From Gemmatimonadota bacterium (lineage in GTDB: Bacteria > Latescibacterota > UBA2968 > UBA8231), in contig JAYPJE010000045.1 of the NCBI GenBank assembly GCA_038128265.1, positions 1 through 19,408 of the forward strand: 19,408 nucleotides of DNA, in the 5' to 3' direction. How positions within the stretch are numbered: position 1 is the first letter of the stretch; every line of letters starts with the position of its first letter. Shown here piece after piece: positions 10,393-18,131 of the stretch. A model generated the notes under the pieces. The model was given only the letters and a program-made list of their open reading frames with translations. It searched no databases and was not told the origin of the DNA. A program made the translations under genes and the position numbers.

Positions 10393-11546
10393 CAATTCAC
10401 CTCCTCGGCTGCGGGCGCCCCCTTGTCGTGGGCGCTGCCCAGCGCAAGCTCTATCTCCGCCCGCACCTCAGCGTCTTCTTCTTCGGCCAATCGGGCACGC
10501 AGCGCAGCATAGGCCGCCGCACCTCCCAATTGTCCCAATCCCCAGGCGGCATGACCCCGCACCAGCGCCTCTTCGTCCTGTAGCGCCGCGATAAGCGGTG
10601 GCACGGCGCGCGCGTCGCCGCTGTTGCCCAGCGCCACGGCGACGTTGCGCAGCATGCCGCGCCGCTTGGGTCGCTTGGCCGGACTGCGGCGAAACGTCTG
10701 GCTAAATCCCTCGCGGTCTAGCCCCATCCACTCGATCAAATCGGGGCGCTCGACGCCCGGCCGGCTGCGGTAGGCCGGCTCGCTGGCCTGCTCGGCGCGG
10801 CGATTCCACGGGCAGACATCCTGACAGATATCGCAGCCGTAGACCCAGTCGCCCATGCCTTTGCGCAGGGCGCGCGGAATGGATTCCTTTAACTCAATGG
10901 TCAGATAAGAAATGCAGCGCTGTGCGTCGAGCACGTAGGGCTCGGGAAAGGCATCGGTGGGGCAGGCGTCCATGCAGCGCGTGCAGGTGCCGCAGTGGTC
11001 GGTGGCCGGCTCGTCGGGCGGCAGCTCCAGCGTCGAGACGATCTCGGCCAAGAAAAAGTGCGACCCCCTGCGCTTGTTGATAAGGCAGGTATTCTTACCC
11101 CACCAGCCCAGGCCGGCGCGCTGAGCCAATTCGCGCTCCAGCACCGGGGCCGTATCGACGTAGACCCTCCCCTGCAGATCGCCATCGATTTCCTCGCGCA
11201 TAAAGTCCCACAGGGCGAAGAGGCGTTCTTTTATCACGTCGTGGTAATCGTCGCCGCGCGCATAGGCGGCAAAGCGACCGCGCGGCCTATCGTCGACCAC
11301 CTCCGGCGTCGGCTGCCAGTAGTCCATGCCCAAACAGAGCACGCTCTGCGCACCAGGCACCAGAGCGCGCACGTCGGCGCGCTTGTCGATGTTGCGCTTT
11401 AGGTAGTCCATCGCACCGGCGTAGCCCAGCGCGACCCAGCGCGCGTAGAACTGGGCGCCCTGCAGCGGGTCGGCCGGCGTCACGCCACAGAGCGCAAAAC
11501 CCAACTCCTGCGCCTTTGCGCGGATTTTTTCCTTTGCATTATCCAT
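10392..11546 (-). CDS. queG: tRNA epoxyqueuosine(34) reductase
   Basis: YARGDDYH, VDTAPVLER, GWWGKN, CGTCTRCMDACP, CISY, GCDICQDVCPWN (two 4Fe-4S clusters) and C-terminal HEAT-like repeats. Start placed at ATG 11546. Confidence 0.95.
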   Translation of the reverse strand: MDNAKEKIRAKAQELGFALCGVTPADPLQGAQFYARWVALGYAGAMDYLKRNIDKRADVRALVPGAQSVLCLGMDYWQPTPEVVDDRPRGRFAAYARGDDYHDVIKERLFALWDFMREEIDGDLQGRVYVDTAPVLERELAQRAGLGWWGKNTCLINKRRGSHFFLAEIVSTLELPPDEPATDHCGTCTRCMDACPTDAFPEPYVLDAQRCISYLTIELKESIPRALRKGMGDWVYGCDICQDVCPWNRRAEQASEPAYRSRPGVERPDLIEWMGLDREGFSQTFRRSPAKRPKRRGMLRNVAVALGNSGDARAVPPLIAALQDEEALVRGHAAWGLGQLGGAAAYAALRARLAEEEDAEVRAEIELALGSAHDKGAPAAEEVN

Positions 11547-11572
11547 AAAAAAGGAGCCCCCGCAGGGGCTCC
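11547..11572 (-). terminator. Intrinsic terminator between rseP and queG
   Basis: Minus strand GGAGCCCC-TGCG-GGGGCTCC-TTTTTT: perfect 8-bp stem plus U6 tract. Confidence 0.8.
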
Positions 11573-11604
11573 AATCACCGGGTTTGAACGGGCGCGAGCG
11601 CGCT

Positions 11605-12909
11605 CTACCCAAATAGGTTTACGATGTGGTGAAACACCATTTGGTTGAGGTCATTAAACGTCACTAGCACCATGATAAACAGCATAATCGCCAAGCCTAT
11701 CTGCTGCGATACTTCGCGCTGACGCAGCGAGAGGGGCCGACGCATAATCGCTTCAAGCGTCAAAAAGGTCAGGTGACCGCCGTCGAGCACGGGGATCGGC
11801 AGCAGGTTGATAATGGCCAAGTTTACCGAAAGCATAGCTAGAAAACTGATGAAGTCGCTCAAGCCGCGCTCGGCGGTTTCGCCCGCCATCTTGGCAATGC
11901 GCAGCGGACCGCCCAATTCGTCCGTCGAACGATCGCCCTGAAAGAGCTGGCCGAGAAAGCCGAGGATAAGTCCCGAGGAATTGTAGACACCGACCGCGCC
12001 TAGGGCCAGCGCCTTTCCCATGCCCACGTCGAGACGCGACTGGTGCGGGCTAATGCCGATGCGCCCGACGGTCGAATCGCCTTCGGCAAAGGCGCGCGGC
12101 GAGATAACGGACTGCATGCGCTGCCCGTCGCGCTCCCACGCCAGTGCGATTTGCTGATCGGGATAGCGACGAATTTGGTCGCTCATATCGGACCAGCTGT
12201 TTACCGGCACGCCGGCTACCTCAACGATCTCATCGCCGTCTTGCAGGCCAATATGCGAGGCCGGCATATCCCCAACGACCTGGCCGACCGTCGTCGGATG
12301 CAGCAACTGCAGCCCGTAGCCCCGTTCGCCCACGGCAGGGAGCTCGAATTCGAGCACCGTTCCCTCGCGCTCGACGACTAGGTGTGCCCCTTCTTCGGTC
12401 GCCCCTTTTAACGCCTCAACCAGACTGTAGGCATTGTCTACCTGCACCCCGCCTACGCTCAGCACCTCGTCGCCGTGCGCCAGACCCAGCGATTGCGCAA
12501 CCGAGCCTTCCTGTGGGTTGACCCGCGTGCTGTCAAACGTGTCGACGCCGTACGCTTTGAACAGAAACGCCAGCGCAACAAAGGCAAAGAGGAAATTCAT
12601 AAAGGGGCCGGCGGCAATAACGGCCATCCGCGTCCACACTGATTTGGAAGGGTATTCCCACGGCTGGCCGGTGCCTTCCTCGCTGCCCACATCGGCCATA
12701 CCCGCCACTTTGACGTAGCCGCCAAAAGGCACCCAAGAAATGCAGTACTCGGTCTCGCCGTAAGTAAAGCCTATCATTTTGGGTGGATAGCCAAGCGAGA
12801 AGCGCTCGACGCGGATACCCGACCATTTGGCCACCAGAAAATGGCCCAGTTCGTGCACGAAAACCAGCACGCCCAGTGCAACGATAAAAGAGAGTATTGT
12901 AATTATCAT
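11605..12909 (-). CDS. rseP: RIP zinc metalloprotease RseP (M50 family, PDZ domains)
   Basis: HELGH, GGYVK, AGPFMN, two PDZ-like repeats, NLLPIPVLDGGH. Start placed at ATG 12909, 7 nt after the cdsA stop. Confidence 0.95.
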   Translation of the reverse strand: MIITILSFIVALGVLVFVHELGHFLVAKWSGIRVERFSLGYPPKMIGFTYGETEYCISWVPFGGYVKVAGMADVGSEEGTGQPWEYPSKSVWTRMAVIAAGPFMNFLFAFVALAFLFKAYGVDTFDSTRVNPQEGSVAQSLGLAHGDEVLSVGGVQVDNAYSLVEALKGATEEGAHLVVEREGTVLEFELPAVGERGYGLQLLHPTTVGQVVGDMPASHIGLQDGDEIVEVAGVPVNSWSDMSDQIRRYPDQQIALAWERDGQRMQSVISPRAFAEGDSTVGRIGISPHQSRLDVGMGKALALGAVGVYNSSGLILGFLGQLFQGDRSTDELGGPLRIAKMAGETAERGLSDFISFLAMLSVNLAIINLLPIPVLDGGHLTFLTLEAIMRRPLSLRQREVSQQIGLAIMLFIMVLVTFNDLNQMVFHHIVNLFG

Positions 12910-12916
12910 AGCGTTT

Positions 12917-13792
12917 CTACAAGGAGCGAAAAACGATGAGCAATTCCGCGTAGGCATAGGCCAGCGGAAAGGCAAAGAAATACGAATCAAAGCGATCCAA
13001 CATACCACCGTGTCCCGGGATCAGCGCCGGTGCGTCTTTGGCGTTGCCCATATCGCGTTTGATCGCCGATTCGACCAAGTCTCCCACCTGTCCTCCCACA
13101 CCCACCAGAATGAATAAACCCACCAGTTCGACTGCGCTAAACGAGGGCAGCCAGGCGCCCAGAACAAGCGGCAGTTGGGCGCCTACCAGTCCGCCACAGA
13201 AGCCGACGACCGTTTTTTTGGGACTGATAGTCGACGCCAGCTTCTTGCGCCCCCACTGCCTGCCGCTAAAATAGGCCAAGGCGTCCGTCAGCCAAATCGA
13301 TACAAAGAGCACCGCAACCAGGTAATAGGCTTCGCTGCCGCCGCCGACGGTGCGCACCAGCGCCAGCGGCGCGCTGCCCAGCAGGCCGGCGTATACCACG
13401 GCGCCCAGTCCCAGCAGGGCATTGCTGGCAAAGCGCTCCGTGCCTCGCTGCAGCGCAGCGGCAAAGAGCAGCAGGGCGACGAGCGACAAATAGACCAAGA
13501 TCCAATGGCTGCTCAGCGCAAAGCACGCGCCGACCATGCCGGCCGTCAGTACCAGTGCCCAGCGCGTGCTGGGCCGATAGCCCACCGCAGCGCTCAGATA
13601 GCACCATTCCCAAGCGCTGCGCACGGCCACGCACAGGACCAGTGCCAGCAGCGACCAGCGACCGCCTATGACCAGCAACAACACGCCGGGAACAAAGGCA
13701 ATGGCCGAGAGGACGCGCTGCGCTAAATTGGAGCGCCCACTGCTCGATGCCGATGGTTGCGCCGCTGGCGTATCCCTATCAGGCTCCGCCAA
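12917..13792 (-). CDS. cdsA: Phosphatidate cytidylyltransferase
   Basis: Multi-pass membrane protein with TD..AYF.G, ISPKKT, GDLVESAIKR..KD....PGHGGMLDRFDS. Probable TTG start at 13792 after GAGG, overlapping the uppS end; start uncertain. Confidence 0.92.
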   Translation of the reverse strand: MAEPDRDTPAAQPSASSSGRSNLAQRVLSAIAFVPGVLLLVIGGRWSLLALVLCVAVRSAWEWCYLSAAVGYRPSTRWALVLTAGMVGACFALSSHWILVYLSLVALLLFAAALQRGTERFASNALLGLGAVVYAGLLGSAPLALVRTVGGGSEAYYLVAVLFVSIWLTDALAYFSGRQWGRKKLASTISPKKTVVGFCGGLVGAQLPLVLGAWLPSFSAVELVGLFILVGVGGQVGDLVESAIKRDMGNAKDAPALIPGHGGMLDRFDSYFFAFPLAYAYAELLIVFRSL

Positions 13793-14576
13793 AACGCCTC
13801 TGCCGCCGCTGATAGGCGGCGATGGCCTCGTAGAGATGCTGTCTGCGAAAGTCGGGCCAGTGCACTTCGGCGACAAAGCAGATCTCCGTGTACACCATTT
13901 GCCAGGGCAGGAAGTTGCTCAGGCGCATTTCGCCGCTGGTGCGAATCAGCAGATCGGGATCGGGCATACCCGCCGTATACAGGGCACCGCCTATGCGCTC
14001 CTCGTCTATTTCATCTGGCTGCAGGTGTCCCTCCTGCACCTGCGTCGCCAACTGTCGGACGGCGTCGACCAATTCGCTGCGACCGCCGTAGTTGAGGGCG
14101 AGATTGAGCAGCAGGCCGGTGTTGTCCCTTGTCTTGGCTAGCGCACCCTTCAGCGCAAGGCGCACGGCGCCCGGCAGTTCGCCGGTGCGACCGATGGCGT
14201 TCAGACGCACGTTGTTCTGGTGCAGTTCCGGCACTTCGTCGCGCAAGCTGTCGCGCAACCACTGCATGAGCGTCTGCACTTCTTCTTTGGAGCGCGACCA
14301 ATTTTCCGTCGAAAACGTGTAGAGTGTGAGCACGTCGATGCCGAGCTGCCCGCAGGCGCGCACTACGTCGCGCACCGATTCGCGGCCGTAGCGGTGCCCC
14401 TCGGTCTTGGGCAAGCTGCGCTCTACCGCCCAGCGCCGATCGCCGTCCATAATGATGGCGATGTGGCGCGGCAGTTCGCCCTGCTCTTTTAGCTGCTGGC
14501 GTATCCGCTGGTCTTCTTCAGCATCGAGCTTGGCAACTGGAGCGTATTCTTTGGGCGATACTTCGAGTGAAGACAT
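13779..14576 (-). CDS. uppS: Undecaprenyl diphosphate synthase (cis-prenyltransferase)
   Basis: PRHIAIIMDG, FSTENWSR, ALNYGGR, PDLLIRTSGE.RLSNF, WPDF, RRFGG; lies directly upstream of cdsA. Confidence 0.94.
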   Translation of the reverse strand: MSSLEVSPKEYAPVAKLDAEEDQRIRQQLKEQGELPRHIAIIMDGDRRWAVERSLPKTEGHRYGRESVRDVVRACGQLGIDVLTLYTFSTENWSRSKEEVQTLMQWLRDSLRDEVPELHQNNVRLNAIGRTGELPGAVRLALKGALAKTRDNTGLLLNLALNYGGRSELVDAVRQLATQVQEGHLQPDEIDEERIGGALYTAGMPDPDLLIRTSGEMRLSNFLPWQMVYTEICFVAEVHWPDFRRQHLYEAIAAYQRRQRRFGGA

Positions 14577-14642
14577 CGTCGTTTTCCCAGCGCATCTGGC
14601 AGGGCCTTTGCGCTCTTTAAGTAGGCTTATTTAAACAAGTTG

Positions 14643-14671
14643 AATCTATGGTTTACCCCTACATACGTCAA
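14643..14671 (-). promoter_or_regulatory. Sigma70-type promoter for uppS-cdsA-rseP
   Basis: Minus strand TTGACG (14671-14666), 17-nt spacer, TAGATT (14648-14643). Confidence 0.7.
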
Positions 14672-14706
14672 GAAATACGGGGCGTTGTGCGGTGTCTGAC
14701 AAATGC

Positions 14707-14735
14707 TTGACACACCTTGTAGAGGGGCCTATTAT
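14707..14735 (+). promoter_or_regulatory. Near-consensus sigma70 promoter for the cyclo-ligase gene
   Basis: TTGACA (14707-14712), 17-nt spacer, TATTAT (14730-14735). Confidence 0.8.
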
Positions 14736-14741
14736 GCCGCC

Positions 14742-15371
14742 ATGTCTACGGCCGCAGAACCGTCTGATAAACCACGTATCCGCCGGCGTTATTTGGCTCG
14801 GCGCAGGGCGTTATTGCCGCGCGAAGTCGCCGCATACAGCCAAGCTGCAGCCGGGCACCTATGCGCCATGCCGCAGTATGCCAACGCACGCTGTGTCCAC
14901 CTCTATATAGCCGGCAAAGACAACGAGCTCGATACCCGCCCGCTGCTCGAGCGTGCGCTCAGTGCAGGCAAAGAAGTCGCCGTGCCCGTTATAGGCCATC
15001 TCGACGCTATTCCCCTGCCCCGTATCGACGTCGGTTCCAATGCCATGGGCGCTGCAATGATAGACGACCCGAATCAGCTCGACGCCGTGCACTGGGGTAT
15101 TCCCCAACCCGACCCGCGCTCTGCGCGCTGGCTCGACGACTGGCAGCACATTGATCTGGCAATCATACCCGGCATCGCTTTTGACTGCCGCGGCGGCCGC
15201 GTCGGCTACGGTGCCGGCTATTACGACCGCTTTTTACCGCATCTGCGCGCCGTGCGCATCGGTCTCTGTTTCGAAACCCAGCTCTGCTCCAACGTGCCCA
15301 CCGCATTGCACGACATAGACATGGAGTGGGTAGCAACCGAACAATCCATCTACCAAGGAGGCACCTCGTGA
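14742..15371 (+). CDS. ygfA: 5-formyltetrahydrofolate cyclo-ligase
   Basis: N-terminal K.RIRR, NELDT, GIPQP, DLAIIPGIAFD..GGRVGYGAGYYDRFL, HDIDM. Start placed at ATG 14742. Confidence 0.92.
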   Translation: MSTAAEPSDKPRIRRRYLARRRALLPREVAAYSQAAAGHLCAMPQYANARCVHLYIAGKDNELDTRPLLERALSAGKEVAVPVIGHLDAIPLPRIDVGSNAMGAAMIDDPNQLDAVHWGIPQPDPRSARWLDDWQHIDLAIIPGIAFDCRGGRVGYGAGYYDRFLPHLRAVRIGLCFETQLCSNVPTALHDIDMEWVATEQSIYQGGTS

Positions 15372-15676
15372 TCTACGAATTGCGCATCTACCGCTTTCAC
15401 GCAGGTAAGAAGAAGACCTTTCTCAGCGAGTTTAAAAAAGCCAAGCGCTTTATGGCCAAGTACGGCGTGACCTTTGTCGCAGCGTGGGAAAACCCCGACC
15501 GCGACGATGAGTTTATCTGGCTGCGCTCGTTTGCCAACGCCAAGGCGCGCGACCGAGCGATCGAAGCCTACTATGGCAGTCCCGAGTGGGCCAAGATCGT
15601 CGACACGCTGCGCCCAACTATTCGCCGGCGCGAAGTGCGCCTTATGAAATCACTGCCCTACTCGACGATCAAATAA
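15368..15676 (+). CDS. NIPSNAP family protein
   Basis: (M)IYELRIY...W...F.WLRSF...R...YY.SPEW; GTG start overlaps the cyclo-ligase stop and follows AGGAGG at 15356-15361. Confidence 0.85.
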   Translation: MIYELRIYRFHAGKKKTFLSEFKKAKRFMAKYGVTFVAAWENPDRDDEFIWLRSFANAKARDRAIEAYYGSPEWAKIVDTLRPTIRRREVRLMKSLPYSTIK

Positions 15677-15714
15677 GTCGACAGACTCCAAACCTACCAC
15701 GGGAGCCACAGCTC

Positions 15715-16449
15715 ATGACTGCCGCACGCATCGCTGTATTCATCCTGATAGCCGCTCCGCTACTGGCGCAGGACACCTACTCGATTTACCGCGCCGACGC
15801 GCCTCTGCGCATCGATGGCCAGCTCGACGAGGCGGCCTGGACAGCCGCTCCGGACGTCGGCCCTTTTGTGTTTCCCTGGTGGCAAGAAGGCGAGCGCGAA
15901 CAGACCGTAGCCAAGCTGCTGTGGGACGACCAATACCTTTACGCGCTCTTCATTAACGAGGACGCACATATCTGGGCCGTGCACACTCAACGCGATAGCG
16001 CCGTGTATCGGGACGACTGCGTCGAGGTATTTACCGCGCCCAACCCGGCGCGCCCAGAAGCCTACTTCAATATTGAGATGAACGCGCTCGGCATTTTTCT
16101 CGACCAGTACCACCCCGATGGACCCGGCGTCAGCCACCCCCCTTGGGACGCCGAGGGCGTGCGCATCGCCACCTCCATTGTCGGCACGCTCAACGACGAG
16201 AGCGACGAGGACCACTACTGGGTATTGGAAGCAGCCATTCCCCTGCGCAACTTTGGCGCATCCGGCGCGCCCATTCCCCCGCGTCCCGGCGACGTCTGGC
16301 ATCTCAACCTCAACCGCCTCGGCGGCAAAACCAACGCGCAGTATAGCCAGTGGCGCGCTAGCCAAACGGAGCGGCCACAGTTTCACAGCCCGCGCGACTT
16401 TGGCCGCGTCGTATTCTCAGACAAACGCAGTCCGTTTTGGCGCGACTAG
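15715..16449 (+). CDS. Secreted carbohydrate-binding family 9-like (DOMON-like) protein
   Basis: Signal-peptide-like N-terminus (MTAARIAVFILIAAPLLA), IDGQLDEAAW, LWDDQYLY, DDCVEVF, YFNIEMNALG, W.LEAAIP, FHSP..FG; GGGAG RBS upstream. Confidence 0.8.
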   Translation: MTAARIAVFILIAAPLLAQDTYSIYRADAPLRIDGQLDEAAWTAAPDVGPFVFPWWQEGEREQTVAKLLWDDQYLYALFINEDAHIWAVHTQRDSAVYRDDCVEVFTAPNPARPEAYFNIEMNALGIFLDQYHPDGPGVSHPPWDAEGVRIATSIVGTLNDESDEDHYWVLEAAIPLRNFGASGAPIPPRPGDVWHLNLNRLGGKTNAQYSQWRASQTERPQFHSPRDFGRVVFSDKRSPFWRD

Positions 16450-16520
16450 CGTTGTAGAATAGCGACAATGCCCTATTATTAATGGGGTATCCCGTTCACG
16501 ATAAACGCAATGCCATAGCC

Positions 16521-17510
16521 ATGCTACACATTGACGATATACGCGCAACGCCCGGCCTGCTGCTGGCGCCTATGGAAGACGTTACAGAGCTGCCCTTCCG
16601 CCTCGTTTGCAAGGAGCTGGGCGCCGACATCGTCTACACCGAATTCGTCAACGCCGAGGGTCTGCTGCGCGAAGACACCGACGGACCGCGCCGCACCTTC
16701 CGCAAGCTGCGCTTTCTCGAAGGGGAGCGCCCCTTGGGCATACAGCTATACGGTGCGGCTTCGCTGTCGATGGAACGGGCCGCCGAGATTGCCACGCGGC
16801 AAAACCCCGACCTCATTGACATCAACTGCGGCTGCTGGGTCAGCAACGTCGCCCTGCGCGGAGCGGGAGCCGGCCTGCTGCGCGACCTGCCGCAGATGAA
16901 GGAAGTCGTGCGCCGCGTGATCTCGGCTACGCACCTGCCGGTCACCGTTAAAACGCGCCTCGGCTGGGATGGGGACAGCATTCAGATTCTCGACGTGGCG
17001 CGCATGCTCGAAGATCTCGGCGTGCGCGCGCTGAGCATTCACTGCCGCACGCGCTCGCAGGGTCATAAAGGCGCCGTCGACTACTCTTGGATTCACCGCG
17101 TCAAAGAAGTCGTATCCATGCCCGTCGTGCTCAACGGCGACGTCGTCACGCCACAGGACGTAAAGAACGCCTTCGATACGACGGGATGCGACGGCGTGAT
17201 GATTGGGCGCGGCGCCATTGCGCACCCGTGGATTTTCCGCGAGGCACGCCACTACCTCGAAACGGGCGAGCTGCTGCCCGAGCCCACGCTGAAGGAACGC
17301 GCAGAGCTGTGCCTGCGCCACCTACAGCTCTGCCTCGAACACGATCCCGAACGGCACGCACTGATCGGCATGCGCCGCCACTACGGCGGCTATTTTCGCG
17401 GGCTGCGCGGCGCCTCGCAGCTGCGCGCCGAGCTCAATGGATACAAGGAACTGCAGCCCCTCGTAGAGCGCCTAGAAGCGCTGCGCCAGCTAGAGCGCCT
17501 GGCGGCGTGA
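16521..17510 (+). CDS. dusB: tRNA-dihydrouridine synthase (DusB-like)
   Basis: LAPMEDVT..PFR, YTEFV, DIN.GC, PVTVKTRLGW, IHCRTR, NGDV, DGVMIGRGA...PW. Start could be 16482 or 16521. Confidence 0.88.
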   Translation: MLHIDDIRATPGLLLAPMEDVTELPFRLVCKELGADIVYTEFVNAEGLLREDTDGPRRTFRKLRFLEGERPLGIQLYGAASLSMERAAEIATRQNPDLIDINCGCWVSNVALRGAGAGLLRDLPQMKEVVRRVISATHLPVTVKTRLGWDGDSIQILDVARMLEDLGVRALSIHCRTRSQGHKGAVDYSWIHRVKEVVSMPVVLNGDVVTPQDVKNAFDTTGCDGVMIGRGAIAHPWIFREARHYLETGELLPEPTLKERAELCLRHLQLCLEHDPERHALIGMRRHYGGYFRGLRGASQLRAELNGYKELQPLVERLEALRQLERLAA

Positions 17511-17977
17511 ACGGCATTCGGCGCTACGCGCCCGACGAGCCGTTTCCACCCTACGCGCATCAACCTGGGCAAACGCCGCATCCGCGCACCCACCCCGACG
17601 GCCACAGCCGCGACGCCCCCGAATACGCTGGGCCCGCCCTCACAGAGCAAACGTGGAAAGAGTGCACGGCCTACCTCTACGGCGTCGATCTGTTCAACCA
17701 TCAGTACTACTGGGAGGCGCACGAGGCCTGGGAGGGCCTGTGGAAGATGGAGCACCGCGCGTCGGAGTGCGCGCGCTTTCTCCAGGGTTTAATCCAGCTG
17801 GCCGCCATGTGCATCAAAGTGCGCGCAGGCAACAGGCGCGGGGCACAGAAACTGCACAATAAAGCGCTGGCGCAGCTCACACAGTCCGAACGCTATATGG
17901 GCATGGATTTGGGCGCGCTGCGCCGCTATCTGACGGCGGGGCCGGCCATTCCCGAAGCGCTCATTCTCACTGCGTAA
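17507..17977 (+). CDS. DUF309 family protein
   Basis: GVDLFNHQYYWEAHEAWEGLW...FLQGLIQLAA; GTG start overlaps the dusB stop (GTGA). The upstream part of the 17087 ORF is a dusB shadow frame. Confidence 0.85.
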   Translation: MNGIRRYAPDEPFPPYAHQPGQTPHPRTHPDGHSRDAPEYAGPALTEQTWKECTAYLYGVDLFNHQYYWEAHEAWEGLWKMEHRASECARFLQGLIQLAAMCIKVRAGNRRGAQKLHNKALAQLTQSERYMGMDLGALRRYLTAGPAIPEALILTA

Positions 17978-18131
17978 CATGGCACGTTGCACGCGTTTAC
18001 GGCACATAAACGTCGCTCCAATTCATCTATTGGTTTTTTTTATAGTTCAAATAGCAATAATTCATTTGTCAAATATATAATCCATCGCGTTTTTTGATGG
18101 TCTACTGCGATTCTCACACGGGAGTATACCG

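Noticed and set aside
11547..11604. preQ1 or cobalamin riboswitch, or tRNA fragment, upstream of queG (GCCCG-TTCAAAC-CCGGT resembles a T-arm)
   Set aside because: 58 nt in total, no preQ1 A-rich tail or cobalamin box, and the T-arm-like stem has a mismatch with no other tRNA arms.
14577..14741. 6S RNA (ssrS), often found upstream of ygfA
   Set aside because: Only about 165 nt, occupied by two divergent promoters; the plus-strand promoter starts at the ATG and I see no long rod-like self-complementarity.
17087..17506. Long N-terminal extension of the DUF309 ORF, suggesting a frameshift fusion with dusB
   Set aside because: Arg/Ala/Pro-rich shadow frame typical of GC-rich DNA; dusB is complete and a GTGA coupled start exists at 17507.
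17980..17995. Sigma54 promoter TGGCACG...GC upstream of ino1
   Set aside because: The -12 element is ACGC rather than TTGC, and a perfect TATAAT lies nearer the gene.
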